Shown: positions 1 through 9,028 of the stretch, piece after piece | How positions within the stretch are numbered: position 1 is the first letter of the stretch | Layout: every line of letters begins with the position of its first letter | From: an uncultured Victivallales bacterium | GTDB lineage: Bacteria; Verrucomicrobiota; Lentisphaeria; Oligosphaerales; CAZSBQ01 | DNA: 59,999 nt | Reading direction: 5' to 3' | Assembly (NCBI GenBank): GCA_964604795.1 | Contig: CAZSBQ010000001.1 | Coordinates: 1 to 59,999, forward strand | Position numbers and translations under genes: made by a program | The notes under the pieces: model-generated | Told to the model about the DNA's origin: nothing | What the model saw: only the letters and a program-made list of their open reading frames with translations | The model's database searches: none

Positions 1-188
1 TCAGCCCGAAGGCAATTCGGTACCACCGAATCTTCCGCGAGATCAAGAGTTCTGAGGTTGAACCGCCAAAAACGTTGATCGATTCGTGCCGAATCGACAT
101 AGTGCGCCGACTCTGACGAGCTCGGCGCACCTACTTCGCCAAGTGCCATACCTTTCCGGACAGGGGCCAGGTACTACGTGATCTCCCC

Positions 189-330
189 TATGTCCACAGA
201 ATTTGCTTGGATGCCTTAAGCAAGGCGGTCGTTTCGGCCGCCATAACAGCTCGTGCGGGCCGGGAAACCCGATTTGCTACGAGTTTGCGGATAACCTGTA
301 CGTGAAATCCAAGCAATTTCTTTGGACACA
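189..330. repeat. MITE-like inverted-repeat element, copy A (142 bp)
   Basis: Arms 189-212 TATGTCCACAGAATTTGCTTGGAT and 307-330 ATCCAAGCAATTTCTTTGGACACA are reverse complements (21 of 24). The arm sequence is nearly the same as in the element at 29255-29400. Confidence 0.55.
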
Positions 331-855
331 GTGCCAACCCCTCCTCTATTCGTTGGACCTGATTCGTGCGTGCAAATGGGAAAAAGTGCGGGAATCCCGA
401 TTTTTTAATTCTCCCCACATCGGACGCTAACCGAATCCCAACACTGGGCGTGGATAGTGATGGCTCATACCAACCGGGGCCAGTGACTGCCCTGAAAGCC
501 GACGAATTGTGCCCGTAGACGAATGTCCCCCAAAAAAATCACCCGACGGCGACGATTTAGCCGAACCTGAAAAATTCCCTAACCAGTCGCTCACAAACAG
601 GCGCGATAGTGTCCCGTGTAAAGCAAAACAGCGAAGAATCCGCGGAGAGGGCCTTCGCGGAGAGCGCAAAGACGGCGCGCACGTGCCGCAGGCGTTCACC
701 GACAAGGTCCAAGTGAATGGTGCCACCCATAACAAAGGAGGTCGAATGGCGCAACACGAAGAAGGGCGAAGAGAGACGTGGCGGCAACAGCCGCTAAAAA
801 CTGCATGCAGACTGCAACGATCAAGAAAAACGAAACAAGGAGTAAAATCGTGAAC

Positions 856-1866
856 ATGATTACAAGAACAATGGGAGCAGCCGCACTGCTGGCACTGGCC
901 ATACCCATGGCACAGGCGCAGGAAGCTGTGGGCTACAACAAGATTGTTGTGCCGGCGGAAACGGACGCATTGGTATCCGTTCCGTTTACGAAGCAACCCG
1001 CCGGAACGTTTACCGTCAGTTCCGCTGACGATGAGCTTGGCGGGGTCATTATCCAGGAAGCCTTCGACGAAGTGGGCATGTATGCGAACACGCATTATGT
1101 AAAGTTCACCTCCGGCGACGGCACCGGGTATTGGAGCACCATCACTAGCAACAGCGTGTCCGAAATGATTCTGGAGAATCCGGTCGGTCTCGCGGACGTC
1201 GGCAACGGCGACACCGTTGTGGTCTACGAGCATCAAACCCTGGCCTCGTTGTTTCCCCAGGAATACGAAGGGGTAACCTTCATTTCCTCCGGCGACACCG
1301 GAACGGAAACAGGTTCGACAGTGGTGTTGGTTCCGGACACCAATACCGGAATCAACAAATCCTCCGGAAAGGTTTGCCAGCATTTCGGCCAGTATGGTTG
1401 GTTTGACGGGGATTTCAACAATGCGGATGATATCGTGATCCCGCCAGCGACCTTTGTGAAGGTACGCAACCGGGATACCACCGATTTGCCCGTAATTGTC
1501 TCCGGTGAAGTTACAAGCACCCCGATCATTACTGCGCTGTCGAAAGTGACGCAGGACAACGACCTCTATCTTGCGAATCCGTACCCCGTACCTGTCAACA
1601 TCAGTGAAATGGGCTTGGATTCATGGGCATCCTCCAATGACGGGGCAACCTTCAATGGACAGGTTCTCGTCTTCAACAACGATGCCGCAGGCATCAACAA
1701 GTCCTCCACCAAGATTTGCTTCTTCTTCACCGGAGACGGCAATTGGTATGATGGCGGATTCAATGTGGTCACTGATCTGAATGTCCCGGCTGGAATGGGC
1801 GTTGTTCTGCGCGAGCAATCCGACAGTTCCAGCACTGATGTTTGGTCGGCGCCAAAACCCTATTAG
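856..1866 (+). CDS. secreted protein of unknown function with internal duplication
   Basis: Part of ORF 778-1866. AAGGAG at 837-842 precedes GTG 850 and ATG 856. MITRTMGAAALLALAIPMAQAQE looks like a signal peptide. Two related segments each carry GINKSSxKxC...W.DG.FN. No catalytic motif recognised. Confidence 0.7.
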   Translation: MITRTMGAAALLALAIPMAQAQEAVGYNKIVVPAETDALVSVPFTKQPAGTFTVSSADDELGGVIIQEAFDEVGMYANTHYVKFTSGDGTGYWSTITSNSVSEMILENPVGLADVGNGDTVVVYEHQTLASLFPQEYEGVTFISSGDTGTETGSTVVLVPDTNTGINKSSGKVCQHFGQYGWFDGDFNNADDIVIPPATFVKVRNRDTTDLPVIVSGEVTSTPIITALSKVTQDNDLYLANPYPVPVNISEMGLDSWASSNDGATFNGQVLVFNNDAAGINKSSTKICFFFTGDGNWYDGGFNVVTDLNVPAGMGVVLREQSDSSSTDVWSAPKPY

Positions 1867-1912
1867 TCCTACTTTTCCCAATACACCAACGCACCTTATT
1901 TGAAGGAGATTT

Positions 1913-2506
1913 ATGATGAAGATTCGACATCTTGCCGCTTCGTTGCTTTTTGTCTCAATGGCCGCGCAGGCAACAGTGGGAATCGCCCCCACAATTGCCT
2001 ACATGTATGAGAAGGATGGCGTCACAAAGTTCGAAGGCGGCCAACTGTATTTGCTTGTGGCAGATACTGACCGCAACGGATTTGGCGCGGATGGCATGGG
2101 CTCAATCGGGGTGGACTATGAGTTGGGCGGAGATGACCAAGTTCTGAAGGCTTGGAACTCCCCGAGTTCTCCCGTCTTCGCCGTGGGACAATGCAAGCCC
2201 AACGCTCTTGGGCTGACACTGGAAGGGGACGACCCAGGCCAGTTCGGAGCAGGTGACCCGTTTGGAGTTTACTTCTTCGACAACATCAGCACCACCGAAT
2301 ACGACAGTGGAACACTGGCACCCGGTACGGACTACGGCTTTTTCACGGATAGTGAGTTTGTAACTCCGGCTGATGGCGGTGACTTCACTGGCTCGTATAC
2401 TGAAACTGTCCTACTGGACCAGACAGTTGTTCCCGAACCCTCGAGCCTGCTGCTGGGCATCCTGGCCATGGCCGCTGTGCTTCGTCGTCGTCGGATCAAC
2501 CGCTAA
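1913..2506 (+). CDS. PEP-CTERM sorting-domain protein
   Basis: AAGGAG 1903-1908 lies before ATG 1913. There is an N-terminal signal peptide. The C-terminus VPEPSSLLLGILAMAAVLRRRRINR has the PEP motif, a TM helix and an Arg cluster. The body is paralogous to aa 38-192 of the 15333-17795 product. Confidence 0.85.
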   Translation: MMKIRHLAASLLFVSMAAQATVGIAPTIAYMYEKDGVTKFEGGQLYLLVADTDRNGFGADGMGSIGVDYELGGDDQVLKAWNSPSSPVFAVGQCKPNALGLTLEGDDPGQFGAGDPFGVYFFDNISTTEYDSGTLAPGTDYGFFTDSEFVTPADGGDFTGSYTETVLLDQTVVPEPSSLLLGILAMAAVLRRRRINR

Positions 2507-2557
2507 CCCTAAACCCAACCGTTCTGAAACACAGACCCAATTAGGAGAAAACGAACG

Positions 2558-4282
2558 ATGAAAAAGACTGCTATTCTCGGACTTGCAAGCCTCTTCGCCG
2601 CCGGTGCTCTGCACGCGGCCGACGTGGACGTAACCAGCGACATCACAACCTCCACCCAGTGGAGCGCGGACAATGTGTACCACCTGCGCGACGCAATCAA
2701 CGTCAACGCAGGCGCCACACTGTCGATCGAAGCCGGAACACGCATCATCGGCTACACCGATGACGAGCTGAGCGACTGGTCGGGTGAAACTCGCTCGGAT
2801 TCCTCGGTGCTGATCATTCGCCGCGGCGCGAAAATCATGGCCGAAGGCACAAAGGACGAGCCGATCGTCTTCACCTCCAGCCATGACGACGGCAGCTGGC
2901 GCCCGACCAACTCGGAATGGGGCAACCTGACCATGCTCGGCGACGCCATCATCGCCGATGGAACCGTCAGCGGCGGAGTTCAGGACGGCACCTGCGAGGA
3001 CCACATGGAAGGGCTGCCGGTCGACGACAACTCGTTGTACGGCGGTACGAACGACGACGACGACAGCGGCGTGCTCCGCTATGTCTCGCTTCGTTTCGGC
3101 GGCTCCGTTCTTGGCGCGGCCAACGAACTGAACGGCCTGTCCATGGGCGGCATCGGGCGCGAAACCGTGCTCGAGCACATCGAGATCATGAACAACGTCG
3201 ACGACGGCATCGAAATCTGGGGCGGCACACCTCAGCTCAAGTATGTTTCGATCTGGAACATCGGCGACGACAGCTTCGACCTCGATGAAGGCTTCCGCGG
3301 CAAGGCCCAGTTCGGCCTGATCGTGCAGGGATACGGTGAAGGCACACAAGGCTCCGGCGTTGGCGACAACTGTCTTGAAATGGACGGTGGTGAAAACCCG
3401 AACGGGATGCAGCCGTACGCCAATCCGCAACTCTACAACTTCACAGTGATCGGACAGCCGGGCGCTGGAGACAACGGAATGTCCATGCGCGACAACATGC
3501 GGCTCCAAGTCGGCAACTCCATCTTCATGGATGTCGGCGAACGGTTGATTTCCTTCGACGAATCCAACCACAACCAGGAAATGTACGACGCGTTCCATAC
3601 CGCGCACGACACCTACGACAACTCGGGTGTTGATTTCAGCGGACTGCCCTACAGCACCATGGCCGAGTTCTACAGCGATTCGCGCTCCGGCAACTGGTCG
3701 TGGGTGAAGGACACCGTGTTCTACAACATCAGCGACGACAGTGACATCAACTGGAGCGGCACCACCCCGGCAACCGCGACGACTGCGGAGCTTGGTCTTT
3801 GGGACGCCGGCATGAACAACGTGCGCAATGCTGCGGACATGCCCATCGTGGACCTGGTCCGCAACACGACGGGCGGCCAGCCCGGCGGCATGCAGCTGGT
3901 GACCTCCCTGGACCCCCGTCCGGCGAACGACGCGCTCGTTTCGGTCGGGACCGCTCCGGCGGACGGCTTCTTCACCCCGGCCCCGTACCGAGGCGCCTTC
4001 AGTCCGAACAACAACTGGCTGGAAGGCTGGACCGCCGCCGACGAATTCGGCATGCTGGCCAACACCGGCAGCAATCCGAGCGATCCGGAAGACGCCGCCA
4101 TCGAGATGACCGCCACCACGTTCTTCTCGACCGAAAGCGGTGTGCTTTACACCGTCGAGGAATCCAGCGACATGAAGAGCTGGACTCCGTTGGCCACCGT
4201 CGAGGGTGACGGCAGCATCATGAACGTGACGGACCTGGACGGATTCGACTCCGCCAAGTTCTATCGCGTGATTGCCCAGTAA
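2558..4282 (+). CDS. secreted protein, probable parallel beta-helix-like fold, unknown function
   Basis: AGGAG lies about 11 nt upstream. Signal peptide MKKTAILGLASLFAAGALHAAD. Repetitive G/D/N-rich turns are present (IEIWGGTPQL, IGDDSFDLDEGF, GDNCLEMDGG). The gene sits upstream of a TonB-dependent receptor. Confidence 0.7.
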   Translation: MKKTAILGLASLFAAGALHAADVDVTSDITTSTQWSADNVYHLRDAINVNAGATLSIEAGTRIIGYTDDELSDWSGETRSDSSVLIIRRGAKIMAEGTKDEPIVFTSSHDDGSWRPTNSEWGNLTMLGDAIIADGTVSGGVQDGTCEDHMEGLPVDDNSLYGGTNDDDDSGVLRYVSLRFGGSVLGAANELNGLSMGGIGRETVLEHIEIMNNVDDGIEIWGGTPQLKYVSIWNIGDDSFDLDEGFRGKAQFGLIVQGYGEGTQGSGVGDNCLEMDGGENPNGMQPYANPQLYNFTVIGQPGAGDNGMSMRDNMRLQVGNSIFMDVGERLISFDESNHNQEMYDAFHTAHDTYDNSGVDFSGLPYSTMAEFYSDSRSGNWSWVKDTVFYNISDDSDINWSGTTPATATTAELGLWDAGMNNVRNAADMPIVDLVRNTTGGQPGGMQLVTSLDPRPANDALVSVGTAPADGFFTPAPYRGAFSPNNNWLEGWTAADEFGMLANTGSNPSDPEDAAIEMTATTFFSTESGVLYTVEESSDMKSWTPLATVEGDGSIMNVTDLDGFDSAKFYRVIAQ

Positions 4283-4309
4283 GCAACGCGAAGCCACTGA
4301 CAACCAAGG

Positions 4310-4336
4310 CCAGGCGGCGGGGTTCCCGCCGCCTGG
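4310..4336 (+). terminator. GC hairpin after the 2558-4282 gene (weak intrinsic terminator)
   Basis: CCAGGCGGCGG (4310-4320) pairs with CCGCCGCCTGG (4326-4336), loop GGTTC, followed by TTCT. The T-tract is poor. Confidence 0.4.
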
Positions 4337-4363
4337 TTCTCCCACGTTCTGGATACAACACTT

Positions 4364-5611
4364 ATGAAGTCGACAATCGCTCAATTCGCCATTCTGATTC
4401 TTCTGTCTGCGGCCACGTCCGGCTGTTTGGCCGGTTCCGCGGCCTCCGCAGCGCCTCAAAACGCATTGAAACGCACATCCGCATCCGCCGAGCAAACGCC
4501 GACCCAACTTCACGACTTTCAAATCAAGCTGCTCGAAACTGCCTTCGAGGTTGCCACCGCCATTCCCCTCAAGCCCCACATAAAAAGCCGGTCACTCGCA
4601 CAGCGTCGGGTCGTGCAGACACTTCTCGAGCTGGAAAACCCGGACAGGGCCATCCGCCTGACCGAGCAGATCAAAAACTGGCATCGCGGCGCTGCGCACG
4701 CCGAAGTGGCTGCATTTCTTGCCAAGCGAGGAGACCGCCATGCCGCCATGGAGCAACTCGCTCATGCCGAAAAAATTACGCGGGCGATCGACACCTGGCA
4801 CAAGAACCGGATTCTGGCTCACATGGCGCAGGCGCTCGAGCACATGGAAACGCCGACGGGCATGGAGGACCTGACCGAGGGCATCGCCGAGCACGAAGCC
4901 GCCAAAATCCACCGCACTCGGTCAAAGGTGACGAAATCCGAACAGTATGAGGCACAATTGACCTCGCTGAACGAGCTGCTGGGCGAAACCGATTTCGACG
5001 TCAAGCGGCAAGGTCTGCTGGGCGCCTCCGCCCTTTTCGACACCTTCTACGCGAATCCGGAACGGCGGGCCGAAATCGAAAAAAGCATCCGCACTGCCGC
5101 AAAGGAACTGCCCCCCACCCTGAAAATCGAGCTGTTTCTGGAACTGGCGAATGCGGCTGTCGAGCATGGTGACGAGACCGCCGCCGTCCGACTTGTCCGC
5201 GAGTGCCGGGAGTTGTTCGAGAATTCCGCTTGGCGTCCTCGCTTCGGCATCCCCGTTTCGGCCCGCATTGCGAAGGTCGCTCATCGTTCGGGCGACGAGG
5301 AAACGGCCGCATTGCTGATCGAACAAGCGCAAACCGGATACGAGCGCAGGGGCGATGAAATTGTCAACATCTATCGTGCCGAGGCGCTGCTTCCCCTTGC
5401 TGAAGCGGTGCGGACAGCGGACGGCCCCAAAGCGGCGCTCGCTGTCTATCGACAGGCCATGGACGCCGCGTTTGTGAATCCGAACTCACGCCCAAGAGCG
5501 GAAGATCTGTCCGCCATTTGCCTCTCGATGGCGAAAGCCGGCGTCAAGCCGCCGGAATCTATGTGGAAGCGCCTGGGCGAGCTGCGGACTCGCCTGGGCA
5601 ATCCCTGGTGA
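4364..5611 (+). CDS. lipoprotein, alpha-helical/TPR-like, unknown function
   Basis: The N-terminus MKSTIAQFAILILLSAATSGC has a lipobox-like SGC. The remainder is Ala/Leu/Glu-rich and helical. Confidence 0.65.
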   Translation: MKSTIAQFAILILLSAATSGCLAGSAASAAPQNALKRTSASAEQTPTQLHDFQIKLLETAFEVATAIPLKPHIKSRSLAQRRVVQTLLELENPDRAIRLTEQIKNWHRGAAHAEVAAFLAKRGDRHAAMEQLAHAEKITRAIDTWHKNRILAHMAQALEHMETPTGMEDLTEGIAEHEAAKIHRTRSKVTKSEQYEAQLTSLNELLGETDFDVKRQGLLGASALFDTFYANPERRAEIEKSIRTAAKELPPTLKIELFLELANAAVEHGDETAAVRLVRECRELFENSAWRPRFGIPVSARIAKVAHRSGDEETAALLIEQAQTGYERRGDEIVNIYRAEALLPLAEAVRTADGPKAALAVYRQAMDAAFVNPNSRPRAEDLSAICLSMAKAGVKPPESMWKRLGELRTRLGNPW

Positions 5612-5694
5612 GCGACGCGCGCGGATAAATCCGCAACGCCATCGAAATCAGCAAGCGAAATCGATCCACTCCGCAGCCAAGAGAAAATACTCTG

Positions 5695-8600
5695 TTGAAC
5701 ATGCCCCACTGCAACATCTGCAAACCACGGCTTCCCAGGCGGCCCATCCCTGCGCTTCCCGCAACTCTGCGTCGATTCGTCCAGGGCCTGACAGCGACCG
5801 TCTGCTGCCTGGTACTGACCTCGTTCCAGGCGCTCGCGCAGCAGGAGGGAGGAGGGGCGATTCGCGGGGTCGTCTACGACAAGGATTTCGAGGCGCCGCT
5901 GCCCAACGCGGACATCGCAATCCTGGAGCGCGACCAAAAGGTCTCCTCCACGGACGAGGGCAACTATCTGCTCTCCGACATTCCGCCCGGCACGTACACG
6001 CTTGTGTTTTCAAAGCAGGGGTTTGCGCGCAAAGTGAAGTCCGATGTGCTGGTTTCCGCCGGTCGAATGACCGAAGTGGATGCCTGGCTGAGCGGCGACT
6101 TTACCGACATGCAGGAGTTCATCGTCCAGGACTTCGTGCTGGGCGGCAGCACGGAGATCGGGCTGCTCAACCTGCGCATGGAGATGCCCGCCATGTTGGA
6201 CTCCATCGGCGCGGAACTGATCAGCCAGGCGGGCGCGGGCGACGCAGCCAGCGCCCTGCGCCTGGTTGCCGGCGCCACGGTGCAGGACGGCAAGTACGCG
6301 GTGGTGCGCGGCCTGCCCGACCGCTATGTGAACTCTCAAATGAACGGAGTTCGTCTGCCGAGTGCGGATCCGGACAAGCGCGCCGTACAACTCGACCAAT
6401 TCCCATCCGCCTTGATCGACAACATCCAAGTGTCCAAAACATTCACACCGGACCAGCAGGGAGACGCCTCCGGCGGCGCCGTGAACGTCGTGCTGAAATC
6501 CATCCCCGACGAACCCGTCCTGAGTCTCAAGCTGGGCACAGGGCATAATTTTCAGACCAGCGGCGGCGATTCATTCCTGTCCTACAAGGGCGGCGGTGTC
6601 AATTACTCCGGCAAAGACGACGGAGGCAGAAGCCTGCCCTTTTCCGTCACTGAAGCCTTCGACGACACCGAATCCGCCATCCGCGACGACTACACCGACT
6701 TCTTCGGCAATCCGCGGGACGGTGATCCCCCGCCGAGCGCCGAGGACCTGGCCAGGTACAAGCAACGCGAGGCGCACGCGAATTCCTTCTCCCCCGTCAT
6801 GGGAGTATCAGAAAAAAATGTTCCGTTCGACCACAATTGGCAAATTACCGCAGGCAACAGTTGGGACGTCAAATCCATGAAGCTCGGGGCGTTGAGCACC
6901 TTTTTCTACAAAAACGAATTCGACGGATACAACGACGGCAAAAACATGAAGCGCACCGGCCTGCCGCAAGATGACAAGTACGGGTACGACGGCACGGACA
7001 CCGGCGACCGATACGAGCTCTACGAGGTGGACAAGAGCCAGGAGTCCGTTCTCTGGGGGGGGCTGCTGGCACTCGGCGCAAAAAATGAAAACAACGAGCT
7101 GGGCCTGATATACATGCACACGCACAGCGCGCAGGATTCCGCCATGCGGATGGACGACACCCTGGCATTCGAACTCGGCCTTGCCAGCGAGTATTTCCGC
7201 AATGAGACGCTCAGGTACTCGGAGCGGACAGCCACCACCTTGCAGCTGCGGGGAAAGCATGTCATCCCAGCCCCGAACATTGAGTTGGGAAATGTTGTCA
7301 AAACGCTCAATCCCGAGGTCAAGTGGGTGGCTTCAGACAACTCATCCACTCTGTGGGAGCCGGACCTGCGCTCCATCCTCGCCATGTGGAAGCCCGACGA
7401 TCCGAATGATCCGAACGGCAACGGAACCTGGAAAACCGTGCCGATAGACAATGTCGACTTCGCAGGAACTCGAATGTGGCGGGACGTCGAGGAAACCAGC
7501 AGACAATTCCAAATCGACGGCAAACTCCCTTTCAAACAATGGACGGACACCGAAGGTTCGCTCAAAGCGGGGCTGTTTGTGGACAGGGTCGAGAGAAGCT
7601 ACCAGCAGGACAGCTTCAAATATGAACATGGACCGGGATATACCCCCTGGAAGGAGGAATATTCCGGGGGGTTCTTTGATTCCTCCTTCTCCAACATTTT
7701 CGGACTGGATGAAGCCACCGGATATGATGGCATCAACTACGACGACGCACACCTCTTTCCCCTGCAAAACGAAATGCCCTGGCAGATTCTCAAAAGCGGA
7801 GAGGACGCCAGCTACGACGGCAAGCAGGACATCGACGCCTGGTACTGGATGGCGGATATCCCCATCCGGGAAAACCTCAACCTGGTTGGCGGAACGCGGG
7901 TTGAAAAAACCCACATGTCCACCCAGTACCGTGCTTCGGACGGCGAGTCGCTGTTTTTCTTCAAGTGGGACGACGGAAAACTGACCGGCGATACGGTCGG
8001 TCCGGACGGCTGGTCGGAGGCGGACGCCTCCATCGACCGCACCGATGTGCTGCCCGCCCTCTCGCTCGAATATAGTCCGAGAGAGGATTTGACCCTGCGA
8101 GGCGCGTACAGCCAAACCGTAGCTCGGCCAACATTCAAGGAAATCTCCCCCATCCTGCAGCTCGAATACCTGGGGAGCGACCAATTCGTCGGCAACAACA
8201 ACCTCGTGATGAGTGAGCTTGTCAACTACGACCTGCGCATTGAATACATCCCCAGGGAAGGAAGCTTTTTCAGCGCCTCCTGGTTTTACAAGGACATCAC
8301 CGATCCCATCGAGTACGCCAAGGTCGTCATCGCGCAGTCGCCGTACATTCAGCCGTTCAACTTTCCCGACGGCTGGTTACAAGGCGTCGAACTCGAGGCG
8401 AGGCAATCGATGGGGGATATGCTCCCGGTTCTGAAGGGGCTGAAGCTTCGGCTCAACGCCACCGTCATCGATTCGGAAGTAACCGTTCCCGAGCAGTTCC
8501 CCGGCACCAATCGCGGCCTGGCGGGGAGGCCGATCGACTCGGGACTGCCGGGGCAGGTCATCGCATCCTCGCGGGATATGCGAGGGGCACCAGAATACTT

Positions 8601-8925
8601 GTTCAACGGCAGCCTGTCCTACACCATCGAACCCACCGGCACGCAACTGAATCTGTTCTACACCCAAAAGGGTGACACCCTGATCGCCGGCGAAGCGTCC
8701 CTCGACGGATACGCCCCCAACGTGTACGCAAAGGAGCACGGCGAACTGAATTTCGGCGTATCCCACCCGATCGGCGAGAAGTACAAATTGAGCTTCATGG
8801 TCAAAAACCTCCTCAACCCCAACATCGATACCGTCTATCGGTCGCAACACATCTCGTCCGATGCCGTGAAAACATCCTACTCAAAGGGAAGAAGTTTTTC
8901 CCTCAGCCTGACGGGTACATTCTGA
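5695..8925 (+). CDS. TonB-dependent outer-membrane receptor with N-terminal carboxypeptidase-regulatory-like domain
   Basis: Signal peptide. CarboxypepD_reg-like segment IRGVVYD...GTYTLVFSKQGF. Plug-like segment DAASALRLVAGATVQDGKYAVVRGL...DNIQVSKTFTPDQ. Long beta-barrel region ending in a terminal aromatic (SLSLTGTF). The start may be TTG 5695 or ATG 5701. Confidence 0.9.
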   Translation: MNMPHCNICKPRLPRRPIPALPATLRRFVQGLTATVCCLVLTSFQALAQQEGGGAIRGVVYDKDFEAPLPNADIAILERDQKVSSTDEGNYLLSDIPPGTYTLVFSKQGFARKVKSDVLVSAGRMTEVDAWLSGDFTDMQEFIVQDFVLGGSTEIGLLNLRMEMPAMLDSIGAELISQAGAGDAASALRLVAGATVQDGKYAVVRGLPDRYVNSQMNGVRLPSADPDKRAVQLDQFPSALIDNIQVSKTFTPDQQGDASGGAVNVVLKSIPDEPVLSLKLGTGHNFQTSGGDSFLSYKGGGVNYSGKDDGGRSLPFSVTEAFDDTESAIRDDYTDFFGNPRDGDPPPSAEDLARYKQREAHANSFSPVMGVSEKNVPFDHNWQITAGNSWDVKSMKLGALSTFFYKNEFDGYNDGKNMKRTGLPQDDKYGYDGTDTGDRYELYEVDKSQESVLWGGLLALGAKNENNELGLIYMHTHSAQDSAMRMDDTLAFELGLASEYFRNETLRYSERTATTLQLRGKHVIPAPNIELGNVVKTLNPEVKWVASDNSSTLWEPDLRSILAMWKPDDPNDPNGNGTWKTVPIDNVDFAGTRMWRDVEETSRQFQIDGKLPFKQWTDTEGSLKAGLFVDRVERSYQQDSFKYEHGPGYTPWKEEYSGGFFDSSFSNIFGLDEATGYDGINYDDAHLFPLQNEMPWQILKSGEDASYDGKQDIDAWYWMADIPIRENLNLVGGTRVEKTHMSTQYRASDGESLFFFKWDDGKLTGDTVGPDGWSEADASIDRTDVLPALSLEYSPREDLTLRGAYSQTVARPTFKEISPILQLEYLGSDQFVGNNNLVMSELVNYDLRIEYIPREGSFFSASWFYKDITDPIEYAKVVIAQSPYIQPFNFPDGWLQGVELEARQSMGDMLPVLKGLKLRLNATVIDSEVTVPEQFPGTNRGLAGRPIDSGLPGQVIASSRDMRGAPEYLFNGSLSYTIEPTGTQLNLFYTQKGDTLIAGEASLDGYAPNVYAKEHGELNFGVSHPIGEKYKLSFMVKNLLNPNIDTVYRSQHISSDAVKTSYSKGRSFSLSLTGTF

Positions 8926-9028
8926 CAGATTGGAATTTGCGGGCTGAACGTCCGCACCAATGGACATTTTCCGGAGCAACAACGGATGCTTCACGGGTTC
9001 AACCATCGCAAACAGCAGGAGTTCGACT

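Noticed and set aside
113-119. CUGACGA, which matches the hammerhead ribozyme CUGANGA core, inside a hairpin loop
   Set aside because: No downstream stem II followed by GAAA, and no stem III/UH cleavage site, could be drawn. This is most likely coincidence.
430-855. Long 5' leader before the first gene, checked for cobalamin or other riboswitches because a TonB-dependent receptor locus follows
   Set aside because: No B12-box-like GCCACTG / AGGGAA / GGTG..AATCC arrangement or other riboswitch core was recognised. ORF 509-853 has an implausible Arg/Lys-rich composition.
2411-4579. 722-aa minus-strand ORF
   Set aside because: It lies antisense to the well-supported 2558-4282 gene, which has an RBS and a signal peptide. 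Its product is Gly/Arg/Ala/Val-rich and low-complexity with no motif. This is the typical stop-free shadow frame of GC-rich coding DNA.
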